A stretch of DNA of 40,977 nucleotides, taken from NCBI GenBank assembly GCA_963736875.1, contig CAVTQH010000002.1:400663-441639 (forward strand). The letters run 5' to 3'. Both the position numbers and the translations under genes were made by a program. A model generated the notes under the pieces. It made no database searches. It worked only from the letters and a program-made list of their open reading frames with translations, and was not told the origin of the DNA. Shown piece by piece: positions 11,208 through 20,551 of the stretch (position 1 is its first letter; every line of letters begins with the position of its first letter). Origin of the DNA: Candidatus Amesbacteria bacterium (GTDB lineage Bacteria > Patescibacteriota > Microgenomatia > CAZETR01 > Amesbacteraceae).

Positions 11208-12049
11208 CTACAGCAGTTGTAATACCGGCGTTTAACGGTTTACAGTTTTAAAATCCAATCTGCCGGCGGTAATGGCGTTTGATGGCCGATGAAGTGATTG
11301 TGGTTGATGACGCTTCCACCGACGGTACGGGAGAATTTATCCGAAAATCCTACCCGGAAATTAACGTGATTACAAATCCCGTCAACCGGGGTTTCCCGGA
11401 AACAGTAAATATCGGTTTCAGATCGGCTTCTGCCGATGTGATTATTTTAATAAACCAGGATGTCAGGCCGGATAAAAATCTGCTTTCCGCAGTCCTGCCT
11501 CTTTTTGCCGATTCTAAAGTGTTTGCCGTCTCGTTTAATGAGGGTAAATACGGTCGGGCAAAAGTTGATTTCACCGCCGGTTTTCTCCAATATTCCAGCC
11601 AGAAATCAAAAACCACCGGGATTTCTTTCTGGGCTTCGGGTGGCAGTGCGGCATTCAGAAAATCAGTCTGGGACAAATTAGGTGGTTTTGACCCGGTATT
11701 TTCACCGGGTTATCACGAGGATCTGGATATCGGCTGGAGAGCAAGAAAAGTGGGGTACGAAATACTCTGGTGCCCGCAAGCTAAAGTCGATCACACACGC
11801 GAGACGGCTTTTAACGCAGCTTTTTCGAAAAGGTATTTACAGCGGATAAAAGACAGAAATTATCTGATCTGCCAGTGGAAAAACCTGGATTGCGGAAATT
11901 TAACGATCTCACTTACTGGCGGTTTTCGGCCGCTGTTTAAAATCACCCGGTTATTTCATACCGGTATTTATGGCAAAACTTCATTGGCCGGCAATAATTT
12001 ATTACCGTCTGTCCCACCGGCATCTGCTGCCGGATTCTGCCGTATTTAA
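11204..12049 (+). CDS. GT2 glycosyltransferase, frameshifted
   Basis: ATG 11204 (MTTAVVIPAFNG) joins ORF 11279: VVDDASTDGT, NRGF...VN.G, INQD, GGFD..FSPGYHEDLDIGWRA. Confidence 0.85.
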
Positions 12050-12051
12050 AC

Positions 12052-12835
12052 ATGTCTGAATTTTCAGTAATCATTGTCAGCTGGAATGTTCGCAGATTCC
12101 CTGAACAGGTGTATCAAATCGGTTTTGGATACCAAATACCCGGATTTGGAAATTATTGTTGTCGACAACGCCTCCACCGATAATTCCCTTCTGGTCATTA
12201 AGAATTTTAAGTCAATTAGGTTAATTAAGAATTTTCGTAATATAGGTTTTCCCAAAAGTGTGAACATTGGTCTGCGTCAGAGCAGGGGGGATTATCTGGT
12301 AGTTCTTAATCCCGATACGGTTTTGCCGGAGAATTTTTTTACTTCTTCACTTCAATTTTTTAAAAAATATCCCGATGCCTGGATCATGGGACCAAAACTT
12401 ACCGACCCGGACGGAAAAATCCAGGGTTCCGTATTTCCCGAGCCGTCGATAGGGGATACTTTCCGGGAATTCTGGATGGGTAAAAAAGGACTGACTGCAA
12501 AATATACTCCTCCGGGAGATACCCCGGTCAAAGTCAATGCAGTTTCCGGTTCCTGCCTGGTTTTTCCCCGAAGCACTCTGGAGCGGACAGGTTTACTGAC
12601 CGAAAAAGTATTTATGTATTATGAAGATCTGGATTTCTGTCGGCGTATCAGAAAAATGGGGGGAAAAATATATTTCAATCCCGAAATTTCAATAATTCAT
12701 GAACACGGTTCAAGTTCCAAAAAAACTCCTCTGGCACATAAATATTTACGGGACAGCAGTCTCTGGTACAACGGTTTTCTTAAACACTGGATTATGTATT
12801 TCATTACCCGTTCAGGGCGGTTTCTCGGAGTATAA
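12052..12835 (+). CDS. GT2 glycosyltransferase (WbbL-like), frameshift near the 5' end
   Basis: ATG 12052 (MSEFSVIIVSWN) shifts into ORF 12074: VVDNASTDNS, NIGF, LNPD, VSGSC, FMYYEDLDFC, HEHGSS. Confidence 0.88.
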
Positions 12836-12843
12836 TAACCACC

Positions 12844-13080
12844 ATGACGGAAGGTAAAACAATATTTTTGGGAATAGAATATCCGAATGGCAAACTAAAT
12901 ATAGAAGGCCCTTTTAGTAAATATTCTGCCGAAAAACGCCTCGGATATTTTGCTGAAAAAGCCCATCTGCCGGTCAATTTAACACATGCCGCGAATCTGG
13001 CCGAAGCCACACGGATACTTATGCATTCCGTGTACCTGCGTGAAAGAAATAATCTTGGAAAATCAAAGAAAGTTTTATAA
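12844..13080 (+). CDS. Small hypothetical protein
   Basis: 78 aa ORF filling the intergenic space, with TATAAT (12831-12836) 7 bp upstream of the ATG. Confidence 0.6.
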   Translation: MTEGKTIFLGIEYPNGKLNIEGPFSKYSAEKRLGYFAEKAHLPVNLTHAANLAEATRILMHSVYLRERNNLGKSKKVL

Positions 13081-13087
13081 ATACGGC

Positions 13088-13358
13088 ATGTCTGTAATTA
13101 AAAAGAAAATCCCTCCCGAATATTTTGAACTGATTAAATCAGGGCTAGAAGAGATTTGAGATCCGGGTAGCCGACTTTAGGCTGCACAAAGGTGATACAC
13201 TCGTTCTTGAAGAGTACGATCCCGAATCCAAAAAATACACCGGCAGAATAATCGAAAAGAAGGTGAGTTATTTACTAAAATTTTCCCTGAATAAATTCGG
13301 TCAGAAGCAGCTTGTGGAGAAATACGGTTTGTACGGTATCGGGCTTGATGATTTCTGA
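13088..13358 (+). CDS. DUF3850 / ASCH (PUA-like) domain protein, one frameshift, absent from the ORF track
   Basis: Manual translation: MSVIKKKIPPEYFELIKSG-(shift ~13146)-KRFEIRVADFRLHKGDTLVLEEYDPESKKYTGRIIEKKVSY...YGLYGIGLDDF*. Matches the ASCH pattern G.K.FE.R...GD.LVL.E.....YTGR. Confidence 0.8.
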
Positions 13359-13362
13359 ACTT

Positions 13363-13747
13363 TTAATCTGTTGTTTTACAGATGTTTTGCAGCAGAATTG
13401 AGATATAAAACATTTTTGGCCCGAAACCTCTTCTTGATTTGTATTTCTCCAGATTTACATTGGCCAGCTGCTGCCGGGTAATAATGCCCTCCCTGTTTAA
13501 TCTTCTGATCACCTGGGCGATTTCCGGGTAAACCAATCCTCCTGCTCTTTCAAAACCCCGGATATTCTCAGCCGAAGCCGCTCCGTATTTTTCTGTCAGT
13601 AATTTCTCCTTATTTCTCAAAGGCCGGGATATTCCCGACCGGAATTGCCCTCATCGTTTCCAAAAGACGACTGAATTCCAGACAGGCTTCGGTATGCCTG
13701 ATTTCCTCCTCTGAAAACTGTATAAAATCAATCGACTCTTTTTCCAC
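13363..13747 (-). CDS. Hypothetical protein with C-terminal HhH / RNAP alpha-CTD-like domain, one frameshift
   Basis: GTG at 13747 (TATAAT 6 bp upstream) gives MEKESIDFIQFSEEE...GNIPA, which shifts at ~13621 into ORF 13363..13620 containing RRLNREGIITRQQL....EKYKSRRGFGPK. Confidence 0.55.
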
Positions 13748-13754
13748 TCCCGCA

Positions 13755-14372
13755 TTATAAACCCATTGAAATTTCCACTTCTTCTCCAATTTTCAAATTC
13801 TGGGTTTTTTCAGGTTTGATTTTGACAATCTGTTTCCCCTTCATATCCGGTACCACTGCCATAATTTCTCCGCCTTCAATTTTCTGTCCTGTTTTCACTT
13901 CCAGTTCCGTTTCCGCTTCAATAACCACAGAATCCATATCCAGGATTTTATAAGAGTAGCTGCCGGGAGTGATATTTATACCGACCCGCAATTGTGAATT
14001 ATCAATGACAATTCCGTTTACCGGCGATTTCAGATCAACCGCATCCAGATTGAGTTTAGCCAGTTCCACGGCTTTTACGGAGGCATTTAAAGACGCCTGC
14101 GCCTGGATTTTCTTGTATTTTGTCATATCATCTGCCGGTTTGGGATTGTTTAAAACAAATATCTCAAATTCTGCCCGGACTTTTTCAAAGTCCGCCAGTT
14201 CTTTATCCAGTATTGTCTGCAATTCTTTACGGTCCAAAGAAGCCAGCCAGTCTCCGGTTTTAACACTGTCTCCCGGGTGTTTGTACACCCTGGCTACCTT
14301 CCCCGCAAACGCAAACCTGACGTCAATAATATCCGCCGTTACTTTCCCTTTCATTGATTTATCATATCCCAT
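13755..14372 (-). CDS. HlyD/membrane-fusion-protein-like (biotinyl-lipoyl halves plus coiled hairpin), lacking an N-terminal anchor
   Basis: VRFAFAGKVARVYKHPGDSVKTGDWLASLD, helical hairpin, LKSPVNGIV. The start may be 14354 (MKGKV). Confidence 0.75.
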   Translation of the reverse strand: MGYDKSMKGKVTADIIDVRFAFAGKVARVYKHPGDSVKTGDWLASLDRKELQTILDKELADFEKVRAEFEIFVLNNPKPADDMTKYKKIQAQASLNASVKAVELAKLNLDAVDLKSPVNGIVIDNSQLRVGINITPGSYSYKILDMDSVVIEAETELEVKTGQKIEGGEIMAVVPDMKGKQIVKIKPEKTQNLKIGEEVEISMGL

Positions 14373-14384
14373 TTATCAATTCCT

Positions 14385-14394
14385 ATTATATAAT
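14385..14394. promoter_or_regulatory. Palindromic ATTATATAAT bidirectional -10 element
   Basis: TATAAT on + (14389-14394) 7 bp before ATG 14402, and TATAAT on - (14385-14390) upstream of the HlyD-like gene. Confidence 0.55.
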
Positions 14395-14401
14395 CCACCT
14401 C

Positions 14402-14587
14402 ATGTCTTCAATTGAAGTTGACCAATTTGCCAGATATACCCAGTTGGCTATACATTTGCATAAAGCGCACAGAGCAGGATTATTATCCTCTGAAGACTTT
14501 CTCCTGTTGATGGAATCTGGAATCCAAGGATTGGAGTTTATATACAAATTCAATGGGTATCACCCACCTGGGTTCACCGGAAGGTGA
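14402..14587 (+). CDS. Small hypothetical protein (may extend by frameshift toward ~14700)
   Basis: MSSIEVDQFARY... begins 7 bp after TATAAT. Removing one G near 14570 would fuse it to the MKIDKEEITVYGPG frame downstream. Confidence 0.5.
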   Translation: MSSIEVDQFARYTQLAIHLHKAHRAGLLSSEDFLLLMESGIQGLEFIYKFNGYHPPGFTGR

Positions 14588-14782
14588 TCATATGAAGATT
14601 GATAAGGAAGAGATTACTGTTTACGGCCCCGGGATTCAGAGATATCAGCAAAAAGAGTAAATTATTCTGGAACACACCTTTGATAAGATTAGCGTTTATC
14701 TGATATTAATTTCTTGACCTGCTATTGTATATTCCGTAAGTGTTTTCCATTGTGTTTTTTTCTGTCTGTCCCACAAGTCCGG

Positions 14783-14998
14783 TCAAAAATCGTAAGAAGC
14801 AATATCGATGATTTTCAGAATACTTTGGGGATCATCTCCGGCAATTTCAGCCACTTTGCTTTTTAAAGGTGGGCAAGCACGGCAGTTTCCCTGACATGAA
14901 AGAGGAAATTCGCAATCAAAAGTAATTGTGTGATGCAAAATCTCGCCTTCGGATGTGCAGCAGGAAACAAAAATCAGATTCAACTCCTTTTCCAACAT
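14783..14998 (-). CDS. Small Cys-rich hypothetical protein
   Basis: 71 aa with CC and C-x5-C-x3-C-x2-C. TATAAT (15006-15011, minus strand) lies 7 bp before the ATG. The 3' end may be frameshift-truncated. Confidence 0.6.
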   Translation of the reverse strand: MLEKELNLIFVSCCTSEGEILHHTITFDCEFPLSCQGNCRACPPLKSKVAEIAGDDPQSILKIIDIASYDF

Positions 14999-15036
14999 TG
15001 CCTGTATTATATCCGCTTAGATAATTACGTATGGTA

Positions 15037-16092
15037 TCACACAACTTTGGGGATGACGTAGTAGGTTGCCGGTCCCGCTCCCTGTTTTTCCAGTACCTTG
15101 ATATCCTCAAGCTTTTTGAGTTTTGACTGGGCGGTCCGCTTGGGAACTTTTAAAATATCCGTCACGTCTCCGCTGGTAATCCGGCCTACAGTCACCACAA
15201 AATCCACGATTTTCAACTCGTCATTGTCCAGGATATTACGGCTTGATCCGATATCACCGACAACAGCCAGATTTAATATCTGGTCCTTAACCCTGGCCAC
15301 TTCATCAAGAAATCCCTCCACATAGTAGTTTAACCAGCCCGTCAGGTCCACTCCCTCCCTGGCAGCATAGGTGTCGCCGGTCTGCAGTGCCCGGTAATAT
15401 TTTTTTCTGTCCCGGTTGTAATAATCCTCCAGCACCAGCACCTTTTTAAAATCCCAGCCGGACTGGTAGAGATGAAGGAGGGCTAAAAGCCTACCGGTAC
15501 GGCCGTTACCGTCGGTAAAAGGATGGATGGTTTCAAACTGGTAATGAAAAACCCCGGCTCTGATTACCGGGTGTACCTGGTCATTGGTAACCAGCCAGTC
15601 CAGAAGCTCCCCGATTAAGACCGGCACCTCCTCGGACTTCGGCGGGGTATAGGCCAGTTCCTCTTTCCCTTTGGGCAGCTCATTGACGATGTACACCGAT
15701 CCCTGCCTGAAAACCCCGGTTTTGCGTTCCTCCACCAGGTCTTTAACTACGGTTGTGTGGATGTCCAGGATGTCTTTTGCACTAAAAGTTTTTGCGGTAT
15801 CTGCCAGATCATCAATTTTTCTTAAGGCTATCAGGTAGTTTTCCACTTCCTTAATCTGATCAGCGGCAGCATTGACCTTTTTGCCTTCCAAAAGCTCCTT
15901 AACCTGGTATTCCTGTAAGAGATTGCCTTCAATGGAGGTGGAGGTGTGGGCCATTTTAATCACAGCTGCCCGCCGCAGGAATGCCTCCCTGGCAGGCAAC
16001 AGACCGGACCGCTCCACCATGGCCTTGATCTCAGCAATCTGAGATAGCCGGCTGACTACGGTGTCAGAAACAGAGTAAATAGGCTTAAACAT
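15037..16092 (-). CDS. Fic-family protein (AMPylase) with C-terminal HTH
   Basis: Canonical HPFTDGNGRTGR motif, N-terminal TSTSIEGN inhibitory motif, C-terminal ITSGDVTDILKVPKRTAQSKLKKL...G.GPATYY winged HTH. Confidence 0.95.
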   Translation of the reverse strand: MFKPIYSVSDTVVSRLSQIAEIKAMVERSGLLPAREAFLRRAAVIKMAHTSTSIEGNLLQEYQVKELLEGKKVNAAADQIKEVENYLIALRKIDDLADTAKTFSAKDILDIHTTVVKDLVEERKTGVFRQGSVYIVNELPKGKEELAYTPPKSEEVPVLIGELLDWLVTNDQVHPVIRAGVFHYQFETIHPFTDGNGRTGRLLALLHLYQSGWDFKKVLVLEDYYNRDRKKYYRALQTGDTYAAREGVDLTGWLNYYVEGFLDEVARVKDQILNLAVVGDIGSSRNILDNDELKIVDFVVTVGRITSGDVTDILKVPKRTAQSKLKKLEDIKVLEKQGAGPATYYVIPKVV

Positions 16093-16098
16093 ATGATA

Positions 16099-16135
16099 AT
16101 TATATCACGCAATAATCGCGCAAAAGATCGCGCAA
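16099..16135 (-). promoter_or_regulatory. Fic promoter -10 plus three direct repeats (putative operator)
   Basis: Minus-strand TATAAT (16099-16104) 6 bp before ATG 16092. ATCACGCAA (16104), ATCGCGCAA (16115) and ATCGCGCAA (16127). Confidence 0.6.
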
Positions 16136-16161
16136 GTCTATTTAAACAAAAAACCCATAAA

Positions 16162-16189
16162 TTGACATTTTCATTTAAAGTCGTATTAT
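16162..16189 (+). promoter_or_regulatory. Sigma70-type promoter
   Basis: TTGACA (16162-16167), 16 bp spacer, TATTAT (16184-16189), 8 bp before ATG 16198. Confidence 0.7.
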
Positions 16190-16197
16190 TATAGGAT

Positions 16198-16731
16198 ATG
16201 GCACTTGAATTAAAGCGGTTCGTAGATGATCAGCTTCATAATTTGCCGGAAAATCACCACGACAGGGAATTTTTACAGGTTGCACTTGCAGCCGTAAATG
16301 AATATTTAAGACCCCCGACCACTCCGGGAACAGTTTTTAGGGTAAAAAACGGTGAAATTGATCTGTCTAAAATTCCATTCGATGTCTGCGCTAAAGACGA
16401 ATCACTTGTGCATTTTATCGCTGCCATGGATTTACCGTTGAGGATCAAGAGAGATCTGGTTACCCAAATAGCCAGAGACCAGCATAGTACGGACAAAGAA
16501 TATAGGGTTGATAATATCTACGATCTATACACTGTTTTTTCAAATCCGCAGATTTCTTATATGAGAATTAGGAATGTTGGTAAAAAAAGTGTCCAAATGA
16601 TTGTTGATAATTTAAAAACGGTAGCGGAAACCGGAGAATTTCCGAAACAAATAGATGGAACTGAATTCCATAAACTATGCCAAAGCTTGCAAATGCATTA
16701 CCAAATATATGAGGATGAACCTATTAAATAG
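16198..16731 (+). CDS. Hypothetical protein with RNA polymerase alpha-CTD-like domain
   Basis: IAAMDLPLRIKRDL...VDNIYDL...MRIRNVGKKSVQMIVDNL resembles the RpoA CTD pattern VDDLELTVRSANCL...IGDL...NLGKKSLTEIKDVL. Confidence 0.65.
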   Translation: MALELKRFVDDQLHNLPENHHDREFLQVALAAVNEYLRPPTTPGTVFRVKNGEIDLSKIPFDVCAKDESLVHFIAAMDLPLRIKRDLVTQIARDQHSTDKEYRVDNIYDLYTVFSNPQISYMRIRNVGKKSVQMIVDNLKTVAETGEFPKQIDGTEFHKLCQSLQMHYQIYEDEPIK

Positions 16732-16768
16732 GAATTTCCATCCCTACCCCGATTTTTACGCCATCGTC

Positions 16769-17638
16769 TTACCAGATATTATTCAGCGCCTGTCTGTATA
16801 ACTTGGACCATTTGGGTTTTAGCACCATTCGTAATAGACAGCCGATCGAAACCACTGTTTTTAAAGCCGGTTCCTGCCAGCCCTGATGGTATTTTGAAAA
16901 CCAGTACTTCCAACCTTTGATTTCACCGATTACAGCCGGGGATCTGGTAGGCGAGCTGGCTCCGCACAAATGGGTGGCGGATGCCTCCGGATCAAACCAA
17001 ATTTTAAATCCCTGGTTTTTAATCCGGTATTGCCATTCGATTTCTTCCCCGTACATAAAAAACTTTTCATCCAAACCGCCTACTCTGTCAAACACCCGTT
17101 TTTTGAGCATCATAAATGCTCCGGTGACCCAATCCACTTCGGTCAGTTTGTCATATCTTTTTAATGATCTGACGTGAATTGAATCGATCATGTCTCTTAT
17201 TCCCGGCAGATTATCAATAAAAAACATCATCAGGATTATCCGACGCAGCGAGGGGAAATACCCCCAGGATTGCTGAACCGATCCGTCGTCATCCAGTAAT
17301 TTACATCCCAAAACGTCATATCCCGGATTTTTGCATTTATTAATGATTATCCCGATTGTGTCGGGATTAACAAAACAATCACTGTTTAAAAGTAAAAACA
17401 TATCACCGGAAGCAATTTTCATCGCCTGGTTATTGGCTTTGGCAAAACCGACATTAGTCCGGTTTCGGATTATTTTTACCTGGGGAAATATTTCAGCTGC
17501 TTTATCCGCACTTCCGTCAGTCGAGGCGTTATCCACAAGGATTGTTTCAAAATCGGTTTTATTGCTTTGATACAGCTTCTCCAGACAGGTCAGAGTGATT
17601 TCCCGGGTATTAAAAGACACTATTATTACTGTCAGCAT
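16769..17638 (-). CDS. GT2 glycosyltransferase (WbbL-like)
   Basis: LTVIIVSFNT, VDNASTDGS, NVGFAKANN, LLNSD, DWVTGAFM, GGLDEKFFMYGEE. Confidence 0.92.
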   Translation of the reverse strand: MLTVIIVSFNTREITLTCLEKLYQSNKTDFETILVDNASTDGSADKAAEIFPQVKIIRNRTNVGFAKANNQAMKIASGDMFLLLNSDCFVNPDTIGIIINKCKNPGYDVLGCKLLDDDGSVQQSWGYFPSLRRIILMMFFIDNLPGIRDMIDSIHVRSLKRYDKLTEVDWVTGAFMMLKKRVFDRVGGLDEKFFMYGEEIEWQYRIKNQGFKIWFDPEASATHLCGASSPTRSPAVIGEIKGWKYWFSKYHQGWQEPALKTVVSIGCLLRMVLKPKWSKLYRQALNNIW

Positions 17639-17658
17639 CTGACTGTATAATAGCAGAA
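17639..17658. promoter_or_regulatory. 20-bp bidirectional leaderless promoter
   Basis: TATAAT on + (17646-17651) 7 bp before ATG 17659, overlapping TATTAT on - (17647-17652) 8 bp before ATG 17638. Confidence 0.65.
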
Positions 17659-19279
17659 ATGGGCTTAATTTTAAGTCTTCTTCTTGGCCTTTCGCTTGTC
17701 ATCCGCGGCTTTTCAGTCAGTTCCCTGCCTCCGGAACTTTTTGGTGATGAAATTGATGTCGGGTATCAGGCTTATTCTCTCTTAAAGACAGGAAAGGATC
17801 TTTACGGTCAGCTTTTTCCGACATATATCCATTCACTTTCTGAATGGCGGACACCCCTTCTGATGTACTATACGGTCCCGGCCATTGCCTTGTTAGGTAA
17901 CAGCGAATTGGGAGTCAGGATGCCGGAAGTAGTTTTGGGTGCTCTGTCTCCGGTAATTCTTTTTCTTTTGGTTTACCAATTATCCAAATCCAAAAAGCTT
18001 GGTCTCCTGTCTTCTCTTGTTCTGGTTCTGATGCCCTGGCACATCCTGTATTCCCGCGCCGCTTTCGAGGCCGTTTTACTGCTGGACTTTGTAATGCTGG
18101 GTACATTGCTTCTTTTCAGACGTAACTACATACTGTCAGCCGTCTTTTTTGCCTTGACCTTCTATATATACAGTACTGCCATTGTTTTTACTCCTCTTTG
18201 GATATTTGCGCTTTTCTCTTATTCAGAGACCCAGATTCAGACTTATGCCGGTACTGGTTTTTTCCCTGCTTCTAATTCCTTTTATTCTGACTTTGTTTTT
18301 CGGCAAAGGAGCGGAGAGATTCGGCAAGGTGGGTTTATTTAACAATCAGGAGATTATCGACAATGTGATAGTCACCAGGAATGAAAGCAATTCTCCTCTG
18401 GAGCGGATATTTGCCAATCGGCCGGCATACATCACCCGCAAGATTTTCAATAACTATCTTTCCGCTTTTTCTCCGGAGTTTCTTTTTATCCGCGGTGATA
18501 TTACTGCCCGCCATAGCCTGCAGTACATGGGTCAGCTTCTGCCTGTTTGGGCTCCTTTCCTGGTATTGGGGTTAATTTATTTAATTAAACAAAAAGCCCG
18601 GATATGGCTGATATGGCTGTTACTGGCTCCCATTCCGGCTGCCCTGACGTATGACGGGGCATATCACGCCACCCGCTTGTTTATGATGATTCCTCCCTTG
18701 GCAGTTGCCGTCGGCGGAGGCATTTTATGGATTTTACAGCTCCTGCCGAAAAAAATTGCCGTCTTTACCTATTTTGTGGTTTGGATGGTGATTGCTTTTC
18801 AGTTTATTGACGCCGGTAATTATTACATTTTTCATTATCCTAAAATAACCTGGCGCTGGTGGCATGTGGGTTTCAAAACGGCCATAGAGGAGATTGTCAG
18901 ATTATCCCCAGACTACTCTCAGGTATTTATCAATAACACTTACGAACCGTCCCTGATTCGTTTCCTGTTTTACTCATCTTATCCGCCATCCCAATTTCAG
19001 AAGAATTTTACGCTCGATCAGCCGAAAGCGGACATTTCACCCAATTACTACGGTTTCTTTTTAGATCCGAAATACTTCTTCGGCACCTTTACTTTTCCGC
19101 CCAATAAATCCTTACCTGATGTTATTAAATCTGAGAATTTGTATCTGGTCAGCCAGCGGGATGATATTCCGGGAAACTGGGATTGGCGCACCACTGCCCC
19201 GGGGGGTGTCAAAGTGTTGTTTACTTCCACAAATCCGTTGGGTGACCCGGTCTTTTATCTGATTACCAAATCCGAATGA
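17659..19279 (+). CDS. ArnT/PMT-family glycosyltransferase, one frameshift
   Basis: FGDEIDVGYQAYSLLKTGKD, PWHILYSRAAFE, then ORF 18182..19279 with NYLSAFSPEFLF, HATR and YEPSLIRFLFY. Confidence 0.85.
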
Positions 19280-20551
19280 GACAGCTGGTTTTTTTACTGT
19301 TACTGGGACTTATCCTCAGGCTTGTCCTGAGCACTTCGATTTATAGCGGAGATGTTAATAATCACGTCGGGTGGGCAAAAAGCATTTTAGAAGAGGGGAG
19401 CAGGGGAGCTTATGACCGGAAGTATTCAGGTATTCTTCAGCCCACCTATCCGCCGCTGGCTCTTTATTCTTTTGTCACTTCTTACTGGCTTTACGGGCAA
19501 ACATATTCACTGGCAGAAACACTCAACCGCTCATTTGCCGAATTTCCTTCAAAAGTCATCTGGTTTCTGGAGGATCAGGATACCATGCCCGCTTTTCACA
19601 AAATTATTTCCATGATATCGGACCTGGGGATTGCGGTATTAATTTACGGTTTGTCCAGGCGGTTGTTCAAAGCCTCATCCAGAGCGGCATATATTGCAGC
19701 CGCCGTATATATATTCAATCCGGCCGTCTGGTACAACAGCAGCCTCTGGGGACAGCTGGAATCCCCGCCGATTTTCTGGATTTTGCTTTCCCTTTGGCTG
19801 TTTATAACAAAACGTCCGTACCTAGGATTTATTTCCATGAGCCTTGGCGCTTCTTTTTAAACAATCTTCCCTGATTTTTATCCCGGCATTAACCATATTT
19901 GCAGTCAGCCGGGCGGGAATTAAAAAGACGATTATGGGATTTTTACTTGCCGCGGCTGTTTTCTACGTTTCATATCTGCCTTTTTCGGAAAGTACCAATC
20001 CCCTTTGGCCTTTTCAGGTTTATCTGCACCGGCTGGAGGTAGGTTCGGGATCGGATTATATTTCCGATCATGCCTTCAATCTTTGGGCTCTCTATACCCG
20101 GCTGGAAAAGATTCCCGACTCGATAATTGTCTTTTCCGGTTTACCGGCAGCTCAGGTCGGGAAGATCGCCTTTATCGGGGTAGCTCTCATCTACCTGTTA
20201 CGCTATCTGTTAAGCCTTAAAAGCCGCCACGTCATTTATGTCCTGGGTTTGACTTCATTTGCCGCCTTTATGCTTTTGACCCGGATGCACGAAAGATATC
20301 TGGGACCGGTTATTCCTTTTATGGCAATCACGGCAGCAGCCAAAAAACAGCTTTGGCCGATTTATTTCCTGGTATCGCTGGGCCACGTCATAAATATGTA
20401 TCATCTCTGGTGGTTTCCCGATATCTCTCAGATTATTCCCCTCATCTCCGCCTGGCCCACAATAGTTTTTGTGATTATGTTATTTATTATTTCCTGGCTT
20501 TCCTGGACCGCAGTTTTTGCCGATGAAACCCGCCAGTCTCAACCAGCTTAA
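19276..20551 (+). CDS. GT-C membrane glycosyltransferase (GT87/ALG6-like), one frameshift
   Basis: GDVNNH..W, YPPL, K......D, FNP, WGQ, FKQ, AFNLW and MHERY. ORFs 19276..19860 and 19844..20551. Confidence 0.78.

Noticed and set aside
15020-16102. GATAATTA 8-bp direct repeat flanking the Fic gene as a target-site duplication
   Set aside because: It is short and AT-rich, one copy is part of the promoter, and there are no terminal inverted repeats or transposase. Chance is likely.
16198-16731. Calling this gene rpoA
   Set aside because: It is only 177 aa, has no alpha N-terminal dimerisation domain and is not in the ribosomal protein operon context.
12836-16768. Prophage or integrative element
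   Set aside because: No integrase, phage structural genes, tRNA target or att-like flanking repeats were found.
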